Of a stretch of 35,712 bases of DNA, positions 23,091 through 34,942 are shown piece after piece. Origin of the DNA: Octopus bimaculoides (Eukaryota); assembly GCF_001194135.2 (NCBI RefSeq), contig NC_068990.1, forward strand, positions 8,623,121 to 8,658,832, written 5' to 3'. Both the position numbers and the translations under genes were made by a program. How positions within the stretch are numbered: position 1 is the first letter of the stretch; each line of letters begins with the position of its first letter. The notes under the pieces were generated by a model. It made no database searches. It saw nothing but the letters and a program-made list of their open reading frames with translations, and was not told the origin of the DNA.

Positions 23091-24174
23091 GTAAGCAACA
23101 GTCTTATCAATCTCATGCAGAGGATAAAATCATGAAATTACTATAAATAAAAGCAAACAAAACACAACTGCGTTATTTGCGCGCATTAACTTTACAATGT
23201 GTATTCTTTTTAAACGGTGATAACACGTCCGTTTCATTGTATTTTCTTACATTTTTCTGTTGCTACTCTTTAAGGAATTACGTTTTGTATCGCAATTTAA
23301 ATTCTGGTTTAATTAATGTGTCTTATTAAAAGCCCTAGCAGCTATATTATATGTATATTAATTGAGAAAGTAACGAGGAAGAAAAGAATTTTGATTAGTT
23401 ACTTCCTAATTAGCATAGCTTTGAACAGATAAAAGTATTGGGAGAAACAATGATACTAGATTTTGCTAAGTGCACTTATTACAAAAAAACAATAGCAATT
23501 ATCATACTCCACACTCTTATAGTTCTCTTTCAATTTTTGCAAATATCATAGTCATTTTCTTTAAATAATTTTTGTTTACCTTTTTTAACTTTTTTATCTT
23601 CTACATACAATTTTTTTATCGGTAAATCGATATATCTAAAGTTTTAGACATAACAATCAGCAACCCAATCGAAATTACTGTAGTTTATATGTAATTTTAT
23701 AAGTAACTAAAAATGGAATCAGACAACGGCTGTCACTAAGATTACTATCATATTAGTGTAAAGTACTAGCTAGCTTTTATCATAACTAATGGCATCGTCT
23801 CAGAGTGAATTATTGTTGTCTCGTTGGAATGGTAGAGTCACGCTGGACTGAGATAAATCTATCGCGGCAAGATGAAATAATTTCAAAGGGAGAATGAAGA
23901 CATAGATAACAGAAACTTAATACGAGGGTGAAACCGAAAGTAAAGCAATCTTTATTCGTATTACTTTGTGACTCAGCCACATACATTTTCATTTACTTGT
24001 ATGAAGTAGCAGCAATTGAGGAGTAACACGAAGTTGATCCAGCTTTCAATCTAGCTACAGTTACTTCACTTCAGTTTTCTGCTACTAGGGTTGTCGGCAT
24101 TCAACCAAGAGATATTTGTTTTGTGAATTTGTGTCCCTTAATCAATGATACGATGCGTAAAATACAGTGATGTG

Positions 24175-24530
24175 TGGTAGGCACTGCAAGCGGATTGCCA
24201 CTTTGTATATGTTTGTATTTCTCTTCCTTACAGATTGCAGCTGTTGCTGACATACGGGTTTGGAGAATCGTGAAGCAGCTTAATGTGAGAGTTTTCCCAA
24301 TATCATCTCTCTCTCACTAAGATTCCAATCAGGTTTTTCTGTGACCACACATGGTAACTGTGTACCTTGTGGCGATAACCTTATTTAACAAGGGTCGCTA
24401 AGCAAAAATGGGCTCCAAGATAATATGTTGGCTCTTACAGTGAATATACTCTAGCGCTTATTAATCACTATCTTGCAGGCTTACGAATGAGTCCAGACAA
24501 AAGTTCTAGGTTGCTACACTCTGTAATGTA
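24175..24530. repeat. Dispersed ~350-bp repeat, copy 2 (see 9745-10100); may extend to ~25050 as a longer decayed element
   Basis: Direct similarity to 9745-10100. Confidence 0.7.
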
Positions 24531-25959
24531 GTGATATATAACAAGAAAAGTTCCTTGTTAAACAAACTGTGCTCTAATAGCTCACATGCTGAATCACCAG
24601 GCAGCTCTTTTATGGAAAGACCTTCAATTTATGGAGAAGAAAAGCATTCAGCATTAACATGCAGAATTACAGCTGACCGTCTAAAGGACTGTACTTCGTC
24701 TATGACAGAAACAACGCGTCCAAGACTGAGACGTACAGTCAGCAAATAATCTCTAAAAAAAAGAGAGAAACCTGTCATCGTTACATATTGTGACTAATAA
24801 TGACGCATCAAATCCGATCAGTTGAGAATTTCGTTTTGTAATTGTGAGATTTTAATTCAGACTCAGGACATGGAAAGCAGGGCAGCAGCTTTCTATCATA
24901 GCTTGGTGCGCCCGAATGTGTTGTGATGAAAAGCTTGGAAGCCAAAAACGAGTAACAGACTGTCAGATTGATTATGCTGGTGAAAGGAGCAGTGTCTGTG
25001 GAATTCTCAGGGAATATCCAATCCAGGCGGTCGATCAAGTGAAATACTGCTCGTCAAAACAGATGCGAATCTATTTAATATATTTCTAGAAGAAAGTATA
25101 TGTTTATGTATTTTGGTACTTGTCATTTAAGGGAATTTGTCTCTTACAGAAATGTTTATCTTGATTTTACTTCCGCTTTATATATATATAATGACATGGA
25201 CAGTAACATAGATATTTATACTCTCGAAATTGGGGAATATTAATTGTTTTTGGGAATATATATTTAGACCAGCTCCACTACCTCCGCAAGTGATAAATAA
25301 CGAATATTTATAAATTGCATAGAACATCAGAAAAGGGCCCTTTACTCCGAAGACGATGAGAGAAAGCAAACGAAGTCACATAGGGGATTCTTTATTTATT
25401 AGATTTTCCATAGATATTTCAAAGCCCATATTACATTAAAATAAAATACGATATATGTATGTGTGTGCTTATGTATATGCACATATAGATAGGTATAGAT
25501 ATATTATATAATTTTATTTTGTTATATTATATGATTTTATATTATATTATATTTATGTATGTACGTATTTATGTATATATGTATGTGTGTGTGTATGTAT
25601 GTATGTATGTATACTTGAATTAAGCAATTAATTGTATAAAAATAATATTTGTAAACACCTGGTTAAATTAATAACTTTTATATATATGTAACAGCAATGT
25701 TATTTTTTTGCTCAATACAAACAAATACTCGCTGTTCAGTCACTCCGACAGTGCAGGATTACTTCATTTCTCCAATCGTTTCTGCAAAATTTTCACACCA
25801 GAATGAAAAAGGTGTATATATGTATCTAAGAATCTCCACCATGTTACTGAGATTTAACCGATTAATCAGTACGTGTGCATAAGAGAATCTAAAGAATATA
25901 ATTCACCTTTAAATATACATTGAAAATTATTCAGGAATTAGATAAGTGAATAGATATCA

Positions 25960-26110
25960 AATTTTACCACAAGGCCAGCATGTGCAGCGGATAAGCTAAG
26001 TCGATTGCATCGACCTCAGTGACCAGCCGGTACTTATTTTATCGACCCGAAAGAAGTAAATGCAAAGACGACCTCGGTGGGATTAGAATTTCAACTCAGA
26101 ACGTACAGAT
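25960..26110 (-). mobile_element. SINE family 2, partial
   Basis: gtcgattgcatcgac...tacttattttatcgacccg...tttcaactcagaacgta. Confidence 0.75.
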
Positions 26111-26519
26111 TAAGTGTCTCTGGAACATTAAAGAAACTTTTCTTAAATGGACATAGCTGTAATGTAATGTACAATTACAATATATATGTATATTCACGCA
26201 CGCACACACAAACACACACACAAATATATATGTATGTGTGTGTATATACATGAGTGTGTGTGTGTGTGTGTTTGTGTAAGTCGTCTAACAGTCCATAAGA
26301 CAGGGGAAAATGCACTCGCATATCTGTCAATAAAGTGGGTATACTATCCGAAGTGTACAGTATTATATACCCGTTACCCATACCTATCGTACTAATCGGT
26401 TTCACGCTAGGTAGTCAACGGAGTTTTAAGTAACAGTCCGATTATGTAACCCTGCGCTCATCTGAGCTAGCCGTTATGGAATTAATTATGGCGTCTGCTT
26501 TTTATCGTTGGAAATGAAT

Positions 26520-26845
26520 AGACACAACAGGTTAGTGGTTGCTGTGAAAAAGAAATGGTTAACGATATATATGCACAGCTACTTAACAACGGCATTTCAC
26601 AAACGTACAGGACGTCCGCTCCTCAAGTTTGTGATTGCATTAACTATGAGACCAGGGATATAGCGATTCAACTACGAATAGAGGATAGAGTGGAGACACT
26701 TGCGAAAAAGACACCTTCATAACGATTAAGGAACATAAGCAACGTTTTGCCTCTAACCCACAGGCATATAAACCCTGCAAAGTTTGCGGTCGGACAGGTG
26801 TGCAAACAGCTCATCACGAACATCAGTAATGGTGTTAGAAATGCT
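26520..26845 (+). mobile_element. Penelope-like element reverse-transcriptase N-terminal fragment, frameshifted
   Basis: INYETRDIAIQLRIEDRVETLAKK / TFITIKEHKQRF / HINPAKFAVGQVCKQLI match the 'IN.EA..IA..L...DR.E...FIT.KDHK.NF...RLINPAK..+G..SK.IL' stretch of marine-invertebrate Penelope RTs. Confidence 0.65.
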
Positions 26846-26852
26846 TTCACAT

Positions 26853-26887
<35 letters not shown>

Positions 26888-27399
26888 GATGTATGTATGT
26901 ATATACATGTATATATATTCTTTTATTCTTTTATTGTTTCATTTGATTCAAACATTTACCTGCAGTGATGCTAGGGAATATATATAACGTTTAAAGTATA
27001 TATAGAATATTTTATATATTAATTTGATTGGTTCTATGTCAAGTTTCAATTCAGATGACTTAATTTAATGTTGGCGAGGATATGCACGAAATCTAATCCT
27101 CTTGATCGAACGTCAGTTTAGGTTCGTGAATATCACAGAATATGCCTGACTGCAACTCATTTAGACTCGCAGGAAAACATCGAGGTTGTGGGTAAATACA
27201 CATTTTATTTATTCAGCTTTACAGAAACACAGGTTAGATACTTTAGATTTTCCGTGATTGTATTGGTAGATGTTGAAGACTACCTCTAATCGTTAGGAAT
27301 ATTTAATCCTTGCATATGGAAGATCCTAGAGGGGTTGGCATCAAACTTCAGCGGCGCGTGTATAAATAACAGTATGAATTATTCTGTATTCATCATTAA

Positions 27400-27631
27400 T
27401 CTCTTTATTGCCCACAGGGGGCTAAACATAGAGGGGACAAACAAGGACAGACAAATGGATTAAGTCGTTTACATCGACCCCTCAGAGCGTAAATGGTACT
27501 TATTTAATAGATCCCGAAATGATGAAAGGCAAAGTCGACCTCAGTGAAATTTGAACTCAGAACGTAAAGACAGACAAAATACCGTTAAGCGTTTCGCCCG
27601 GCGTGCTAACGATTCTGCCAGCTCGCCGCAC
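27400..27631 (-). mobile_element. SINE family 2, full length, with ~20-bp target-site duplication
   Basis: tattctgtattcatcattaa (27380-27399) vs tattttgtattcattattaa (27632-27651), 2 mismatches. Confidence 0.9.
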
Positions 27632-28106
27632 TATTTTGTATTCATTATTAAACAGAACGATATATATACATATGTGTGTGTGTGTGTATGTTTCTATGTA
27701 TACATGTATATATGGATTAAGTGGCGATTGTATATGTATGCATATATGCATTTAAGTTACTTAAGAATTTATGTATGTTCGTACTTAAGTATATATGTGT
27801 ATATCTATGTACTACTGTTTTATCACTTTACTATATTCAGGCATCTAACTGGTACCACTGAGTTCAATTCGACCAGAGTAATTATGTATATTAAGTGTAG
27901 TACTACGTCGCTTTCCCGCTTTTATCTAAGCGCTAAGTTATGATGGTCACGTAGGCCTTAGAAACAAATAAAGCGATGCGAAACAACGGCTAAATAGAAA
28001 TACACACAAGCACGCACATACATACACACACGCATATCGAATACAGCGCGTCCTTCAAATAAACCCACAATGCATTTCGTATTGTGGTGGCTGTTGTAGG
28101 AATAAA

Positions 28107-28193
28107 TCTGCCCAAGGTGCCGCGCTGTGAATCTTCGCAGGAAGCCACGTAGCTGAGAAGTAATCGTGTTACTCACGCAGCTATGGCCTCGCC
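28107..28193 (-). mobile_element. Degenerate SINE family 1 head
   Basis: tgcccaaggtgccgcgc... matches 33471-33490. Confidence 0.55.
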
Positions 28194-28204
28194 AATGAGA
28201 GTGT

Positions 28205-28206
28205 AC

Positions 28207-28260
<54 letters not shown>

Positions 28261-28550
28261 TTGTGTGTGTTTGTGTGTGTGCGTGCGTGCGTGTGTGTGC
28301 GTGTGTGTATGTGATGTCTGTCTGTGTGTCTGTGTGTGCATGTGTGTGTGTATGTGCGTGTGTCAGTGTGCGAGTGTATGTTTGTGTGAGTGATTCTGAG
28401 TGTGTGTGTGAGTGTGTGTGTATATGTGTGTGTGAGTATGTGCGTTTCTGTCTGTGAGTGTGTGTGAATGTGTGTGAGTGTGTCTGTATGTGTCTGTGTA
28501 TGTGTGCCTGTATGTGTATGTCTGTCTGTGTGTGCATGCGTGCGTGAGCA
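28205..28550. repeat. Long degenerate (GT)n / (GTGC) / (GTGA) low-complexity tract
   Basis: Read directly. Confidence 0.9.
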
Positions 28551-29684
28551 CGTGCCTCCGGGCTTGTCGAATTGCTTAAATGTCTACGTATATAACGAAC
28601 CATTTACAGTCCGACCGCCTGACTTGTCGAGCAGGTGGCCTTTCCGGAGCTGCGTTATGTTCCAAAGATTCAGAGTTAAATTTAGGAAGCTGAAAATGCA
28701 GAAACTCGGACATTGAAACCCTCTGTAACTGAGAGCTGAAGCCTTGCCACACTTGGCTAACGTTGATTTGCACGTAGTAATACCTATGCATGTACTTCAG
28801 AATACTCAAGTGCATGTATGTCTATAGATATATATCCATGTATACATGCAAATATATATTTATGCATACATAGATGTATATTCATGTATACATGGATATA
28901 TATCAATAATCATATAAATACACACACACACACACACATATATATACATATAGGATTTTACTTTTTAAATATTATTAACTTACGTTTGACATAATTATGG
29001 TAATATATACATAATTATGGTAATATATACTACTATTGATAGGGGATAATTTCACAATGAGTTATTAATTCCCGTAAAGTTTATATAGATAGGCGGTTTA
29101 ATCTGACGTGTTTATAAAATAGTCGATAAGGGTTTCTTTAAGTTTACCCCTTTCCATATATATATATATATATATATATATANNNNNNNNNNNNNNNNNN
29201 NNNNNNNNNNNNNNNNNNNNNNNNNNNNNNNNNNNNNNNNNNNNNNNNNNNNNNNNNNNNNNNNNNNNNNNNNNNNNNNNNNNNNNNNNNNNNNNNNNNN
29301 NNNNNNNNNNNNNNNNNNNNNNNNNNNNNNNNNNNNNNNNNNNNNNNNNNNNNNNNNNNNNNNNNNNNNNNNNNNNNNNNNNNNNNNNNNNNNNNNNNNN
29401 NNNNNNNNNNNNNNNNNNNNNNNNNNNNNNNNNNNNNNNNNNNNNNNNNNNNNNNNNNNNNNNNNNNNNNNNNNNNNNNNNNNNNNNNNNNNNNNNNNCT
29501 TATTATTAAAGAAGATATCTTAGAATTTGTAGGATTAAGTTGGATCCGTTAATATTAATAATAAAAAGAAAAACAGCCTGAGGACGCACTAGTTGATTTA
29601 TGTATTAGGTATAGCCTGGTAAAACAAACCACCAGGGCAGAAACACGTGTAGCACTGATTAATGTTAAATTCTTTCCCCCACAG

Positions 29685-29695
29685 ACTAATTACAG
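29685..29695 (+). CDS. Candidate 11-nt microexon E (ACTAATTACAG = TNY plus AG of a split Arg codon)
   Basis: Branch-like ctgat (~29655), acceptor ttctttcccccacAG (29683-29684), donor CAG|GTAAAG (29696). Its length is exactly what is needed to enter the long open frame of exon F. Confidence 0.55.
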
Positions 29696-30060
29696 GTAAA
29701 GTATATATATATTTTTTTTTAAATATGTTTAAATAATTTTAAATTAATTCTATTATACTTTATTTTATTGTACGTTATAGTAGGCTTTAGAATGCTTATA
29801 TTACGTAGATTAGTATTTTGGATATAACTTTCTATGTGTACTCCAGAAACTAAGGTTTCCTGAAATTGTTGTTGTGATCCTATTGGTAAAATTACAAATT
29901 TGTAATAATAATAATAATAATATATATATATATACATCTGATATTTTTATATAGACTATCGTTATATATTCAGTCAAGGATTACCTCTTCAAAATTAATT
30001 TATTAAACCAATGTATCGTGGATAAATATACCTATAACAGGTTTGAATATCCTCATTTTG

Positions 30061-30103
<43 letters not shown>

Positions 30104-30249
30104 CGTATTATAAAGTGTACATATACGTATATTATTTTTATATATATTTATATATGTGTGAATATATATATGCATCTATATACATACATATGTGTGTGTG
30201 TGAGTGTGTACATAACTGCAGCCGCATGACTGAAACATAAATGAAACAT

Positions 30250-31270
30250 ATATGTATGCATGTATATATGCATCTATGTATATATATATATATATATGTA
30301 TGCATGTATATATGCATCTATGTATATATATATATATATATGNNNNNNNNNNNNNNNNNNNNNNNNNNNNNNNNNNNNNNNNNNNNNNNNNNNNNNNNNN
30401 NNNNNNNNNNNNNNNNNNNNNNNNNNNNNNNNNNNNNNNNNNNNNNNNNNNNNNNNNNNNNNNNNNNNNNNNNNNNNNNNNNNNNNNNNNNNNNNNNNNN
30501 NNNNNNNNNNNNNNNNNNNNNNNNNNNNNNNNNNNNNNNNNNNNNNNNNNNNNNNNNNNNNNNNNNNNNNNNNNNNNNNNNNNNNNNNNNNNNNNNNNNN
30601 NNNNNNNNNNNNNNNNNNNNNNNNNNNNNNNNNNNNNNNNNNNNNNNNNNNNNNNNNNNNNNNNNNNNNNNNNNNNNNNNNNNNNNNNNNNNNNNNNNNN
30701 NNNNNNNNNNNNNNNNNNNNNNNNNNNNNNNNNNNNNNNNNNNNNNNNNNNNNNNNNNNNNNNNNNNNNNNNNNNNNNNNNNNNNNNNNNNNNNNNNNNN
30801 NNNNNNNNNNNNNNNNNNNNNNNNNNNNNNNNNNNNNNNNNNNNNNNNNNNNNNNNNNNNNNNNNNNNNNNNNNNNNNNNNNNNNNNNNNNNNNNNNNNN
30901 NNNNNNNNNNNNNNNNNNNNNNNNNNNNNNNNNNNNNNNNNNNNNNNNNNNNNNNNNNNNNNNNNNNNNNNNNNNNNNNNNNNNNNNNNNNNNNNNNNNN
31001 NNNNNNNNNNNNNNNNNNNNNNNNNNNNNNNNNNNNNNNNNNNNNNNNNNNNNNNNNNNNNNNNNNNNNNNNNNNNNNNNNNNNNNNNNNNNNNNNNNNN
31101 NNNNNNNNNNNNNNNNNNNNNNNNNNNNNNNNNNNNNNNNNNNNNNNNNNNNNNNNNNNNNNNNNNNNNNNNNNNNNNNNNNNNNNNNNNNNNNNNNNNN
31201 TATATATGTATATATACATACATATATATATATATATGTATATATGTATGCATGTATGTGTGTATGTGTG
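30250..31270. repeat. (TA)-rich minisatellite-like tract (tatatgtatgcatgtatatatgcatctatg unit) around an 858-N gap
   Basis: Unit seen twice before the gap. Confidence 0.8.
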
Positions 31271-31864
31271 TATGTATCTACATTTTATGCATGCCTATAC
31301 GTTTATATGAGTGTGAATATATACGCACACATATATCCAGAAAGACAGACAGATAGACAGTCAAACAGGTTTTCTTGTATGATCTTGTATGTACGTGCGT
31401 GTAGTATGTAGATAGGATAGTAAAATGTGGTGGAAAAGACATAGAAGAAGAGATTTTTGAAACAATAATGTGCCACGTATAATCAAATTTAAATATTCCT
31501 GCTCTTTCCCTCCCTCTCACTCCCCCTCTCACTCCCCCTCTCTCTCTTTGTGTATAGATAGAAAAGGTCGGAAAACAATAGCTGTCGTCATGTTGCTATA
31601 GCAACTCACCATGTACTTACTAAACTGCGAAGTGGATGCTAGCCAATGAAATACGTTCTGCAACTAAAGAATTATTACACTGAACGAATATGAATACTAC
31701 TGTGCAGACGATTGGATTAGAATGAAAGAAAAAATGACGGAAGCTTCACCCAATAATTCAAAGCGCATGTGTAAAGTATACGTACAGCTGTTTAAGAAAT
31801 GTGTGTAGCTATATTCGTTATTGCAAGCTGATCATTTCTTTTTCTGAATTTTATTATTTTGCAG

Positions 31865-32027
31865 ATGCTTAAACAATGGGAAAAAATATTTCAATAAAAA
31901 GGAGCGGGCTAAAAATTTAAAAAATGACATTTTATTTTTAATTTGTTTGTTTGTTGGTTTGTGTATATTGGTTGCCGGCTTGAGTCATACTTTCATCTTA
32001 GAGTCAATAAGATTTGTGCTAGAAAAG
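31865..32027 (+). CDS. Candidate coding exon F (163 nt): basic linker plus hydrophobic transmembrane-like helix ((R)CLNNGKKYFNKKERAKNLKNDILFLICLFVGLCILVAGLSHTFILESIRFVLEK)
   Basis: Acceptor ttttattattttgcAG (31863-31864), 54 open codons after the first base, donor AAG|GTACTT (32028). A roughly 20-residue apolar run (ILFLICLFVGLCILVAGLSHTFIL) follows a Lys-rich stretch. Confidence 0.72.
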
Positions 32028-32157
32028 GTACTTTTATTTAAGTCATTACCAGTATTTTACCATTGTCTTAAATTTCTACAGCAGTTAAATGATGCCGACT
32101 GAACTACCTACTTTGATGTCTGAAGCTAAACATTTTTTTTTTTTTACATTTATTCAG

Positions 32158-32187
32158 ACATTATTTCATCTCAACCGATTTCATTAA
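32158..32187 (+). CDS. Candidate terminal coding exon G (TLFHLNRFH*), continuing into 3' UTR
   Basis: 130-nt intron 32028-32157 with branch-like gctaaac, a long T tract and tattcAG acceptor. Phase 0 matches exon F; TAA at 32185-32187. Confidence 0.6.
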   Translation, partial: TLFHLNRFH

Positions 32188-32748
32188 CTTGTATCAATAG
32201 ATTTAGTGGAAGTTTGATCCACCGACAGCAAAAGCCAGATGAGGCTTTTGGTATAATTGCTCTATGTATACAGCATATTCATGAATTCTTCAACACAATT
32301 TCTTCTTATACCGAAGAATCAGTTATCATAGTCGGCTCACTTATTACGGTTGCAAAATTAATTTGGAGTTAGTTATGCTGTTACTGTTAAGGCGCCAATG
32401 CAAATATTTCAGTCTGCGTACACTAAAGCAATAGAATCAATTTATTCAACCTTCACTTAGCGCCCATTTTGCGAGAAAACTGCAATGATAATCAGTTACT
32501 TAAAACAGATACTTAAAATTGATCTTCAGTCTGATTGCATTCAGTTTTTAGTTACGGAGAATATATCGTAGCTATTACAAACCTGAGCAAGTCAAGGCAT
32601 AACCATGATAAAGCAAGAGTCAATATTCCTGTAAACGTTTTAAAATTGTCTATCCTGACTCCTGGTTAAGTACCTAGTCATTATTCATGTCAAACACAAC
32701 ACGTAAAAATGTTGGCTAAGGACATTGTAGAGTGCCATTTTTATACAA

Positions 32749-32807
32749 ATTAAAAGACTTATTGAAAGATACGGTTACACATCAAAATTATTTTATATGT
32801 GATTAAA
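32749..32807 (+). other. Two ATTAAA variant polyadenylation signals (32749-32754 and 32802-32807) ending a putative ~600-nt 3' UTR
   Basis: Hexamers read directly, downstream of the predicted stop and before T-rich sequence. Such hexamers are common by chance in AT-rich DNA. Confidence 0.3.
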
Positions 32808-33131
32808 GATTATATCAGATAATATAATAGTTTTATATTGTAGTTTTATAATTGTAGGTGAAGAATGTAAATTATATAATCGTAAAAAATGTAAATAATT
32901 CTACAAACTGTTAGTTATTTCAGCATCTCGATCAGAAGCGGAGATGTTTCATAGGGAGTCGGGGTAGACAGTGCACAGAGAAGCAGAAAGTAAAATGTTT
33001 GTCTTGATCAAACCCCATTCACGGCTCTGGTCAGTCGATTGCCTGCTTTTATGTAATTAGAATGTATTAGTATATAACTATTTTCAACCGATAATTTTCT
33101 GACAATTTTAAATATATTTAATGCCTGCATA

Positions 33132-33352
33132 TACTCTTTTACTCTTTAACTTGTTTCAGTCACTTGACTGTGGCCATGCTGGAGCACCGCCTTTAGTCGA
33201 GAAAATTGACTCCAGGATTTATTTTTTGGAAGCCTAGTACTTATTCTATCGGTTTCTTTTGCCGAACCGCTAAATTACGGGGACGTAAACACACCAGCAT
33301 CGGTTGTCAAGCGATGTTGGGGAAACAAACGCAGATACAAACATATACACAC

Positions 33353-33383
<31 letters not shown>

Positions 33384-33554
33384 CATATATACGACGGGCT
33401 TCTTCCAGTTTCCGTCTACCAAATCCACTCACAAGGCTTTGGTCGGCCCGATGCTATAGTAGAAGACACTTGCCCAAGGTGCCGCGCAGTGGGACTGAAC
33501 CCGGAACCATGTGGTTGGTACGCAAGCTACTTACCACACAGCCACTCCAACGCC
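33132..33554 (-). mobile_element. SINE family 1, full length, best-preserved copy
   Basis: Complete head-to-tail match to 305-693 and 34589-34942; (gagtaaaa)n-type tail. Confidence 0.92.
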
Positions 33555-34588
33555 TATGTGTATAATGTTTTCCCACCACATTTTTTTTTTACACTTGTAT
33601 GTGATTTCCATGCGTCATTGTTACTTCATTTTGCACCAGAAAATAATATGTATGGGCCTTGAAAACAAAACAATTGCGAGGATGAGTATTACTAAATTTT
33701 CACTTACGTCATCACTGCAAATGAAATGTAGTCAAATAAACGAAATTTAGAGATTCGTCACTGCACACAACATATAAAATATTTTGATAAACTGTGTTGG
33801 TTAATTGGTATTGGTTGCTTCTTCTTTCCGAATGTACATACAACCTATGGCAACCAATCGCCTTCTATAGAACATCAAAGTAATTCATCTCCTTCTCTAC
33901 TTGCGTAATTGATAATAAGGTTATTTGCGAATGCGTAATGTTTAATTTCGTTTGCGTGCATTGCTTAAGGTGACCTGTGGACCTACAAATCAATAGAGTA
34001 ACGTAAAAGCAGCCAAAGAATCTACAGTTTGAGGTGTGCTAGTAGAACTAAGACGTGAGTGGCTCCATCTCTTTATAATTACGTACGATAAGGTGAAATG
34101 ATTCTCTCGTGTAAGTAGCAGTAGCACTAAGAAAATGAAGAACATTGCGTGCGTTTGCACTGCTCCGTTTAATCCCGCCACTGGATATGGTTAGTATACT
34201 TCCTGACAGTGTGCTTACTTCTATGACTCGATCATTTGACAAATAATACAACGGAGAATATTTCTTAGTCTGTTCAGATACTTGTAATAGTTGTTGGCTT
34301 TGGATTATAATGTCCTGAATCTTGGGGTATCTATTCTCCCAGTGTATAGTGCACTTGAAATGCACATTCATATTGGTATTAAACCATAAATTAACATAAA
34401 TTACTTTACGAGTTTTGTTTCCGTTCACTGTTTTTTTAATTAATTAATTTATTTATTTTATTATCTACCATTTATATTTTATTTATTTATTTTCTTTCAA
34501 ATATCATGTGCCCATTAATCGAAAGTGATTACATTTCTTCCAATCTCTATACAATTTTAGTGGTCTTCATTTATATGGAATCATTGTA

Positions 34589-34942
34589 GGCGCAGGTGTG
34601 GCAAGTAGCTTCCTTACCAACCACATGGTTCCGGGTTCAGTCCCTCTGCATGGCACCTTGGGCAAGTGTCTTCTACTATAGCCTCGGGCCGACCAAAGCC
34701 TTGTGAGTGGATTTGGTAGACGGAAACTTAGCGATTCGGCAAAAAGTGACCGATAGAATAAGTACTAGGCTTNNNNNNNNNNGATTTGGTAGACGGAAAC
34801 TTAGCGATTCGGCAAAAAGTGACCGATAGAATAAGTACAAGGCTTACAAAGAATAAGTCCTGGGATCGATGTGCTCGACTAAAGGCTGTGCTCTAGCATG
34901 GCAGCAGTCAAATGACTGAAACAAGTAAAAGAGTAAAAGAGT
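34589..34942 (+). mobile_element. SINE family 1 with internal deletion and an apparent assembly duplication across a 10-N gap
   Basis: cggaaact joins directly to tagcgattcggc; 34710-34772 is repeated at 34783-34845. Confidence 0.88.

Noticed and set aside
28991-29030. Perfect 20-bp tandem duplication (also ~20-bp at 12537 and ~18-bp at 21525)
   Set aside because: Ordinary slippage duplications with no sign of function.
34710-34845. 63-bp tandem duplication inside a SINE
   Set aside because: Straddles a 10-N gap with one mismatch; most likely an unmerged contig overlap.
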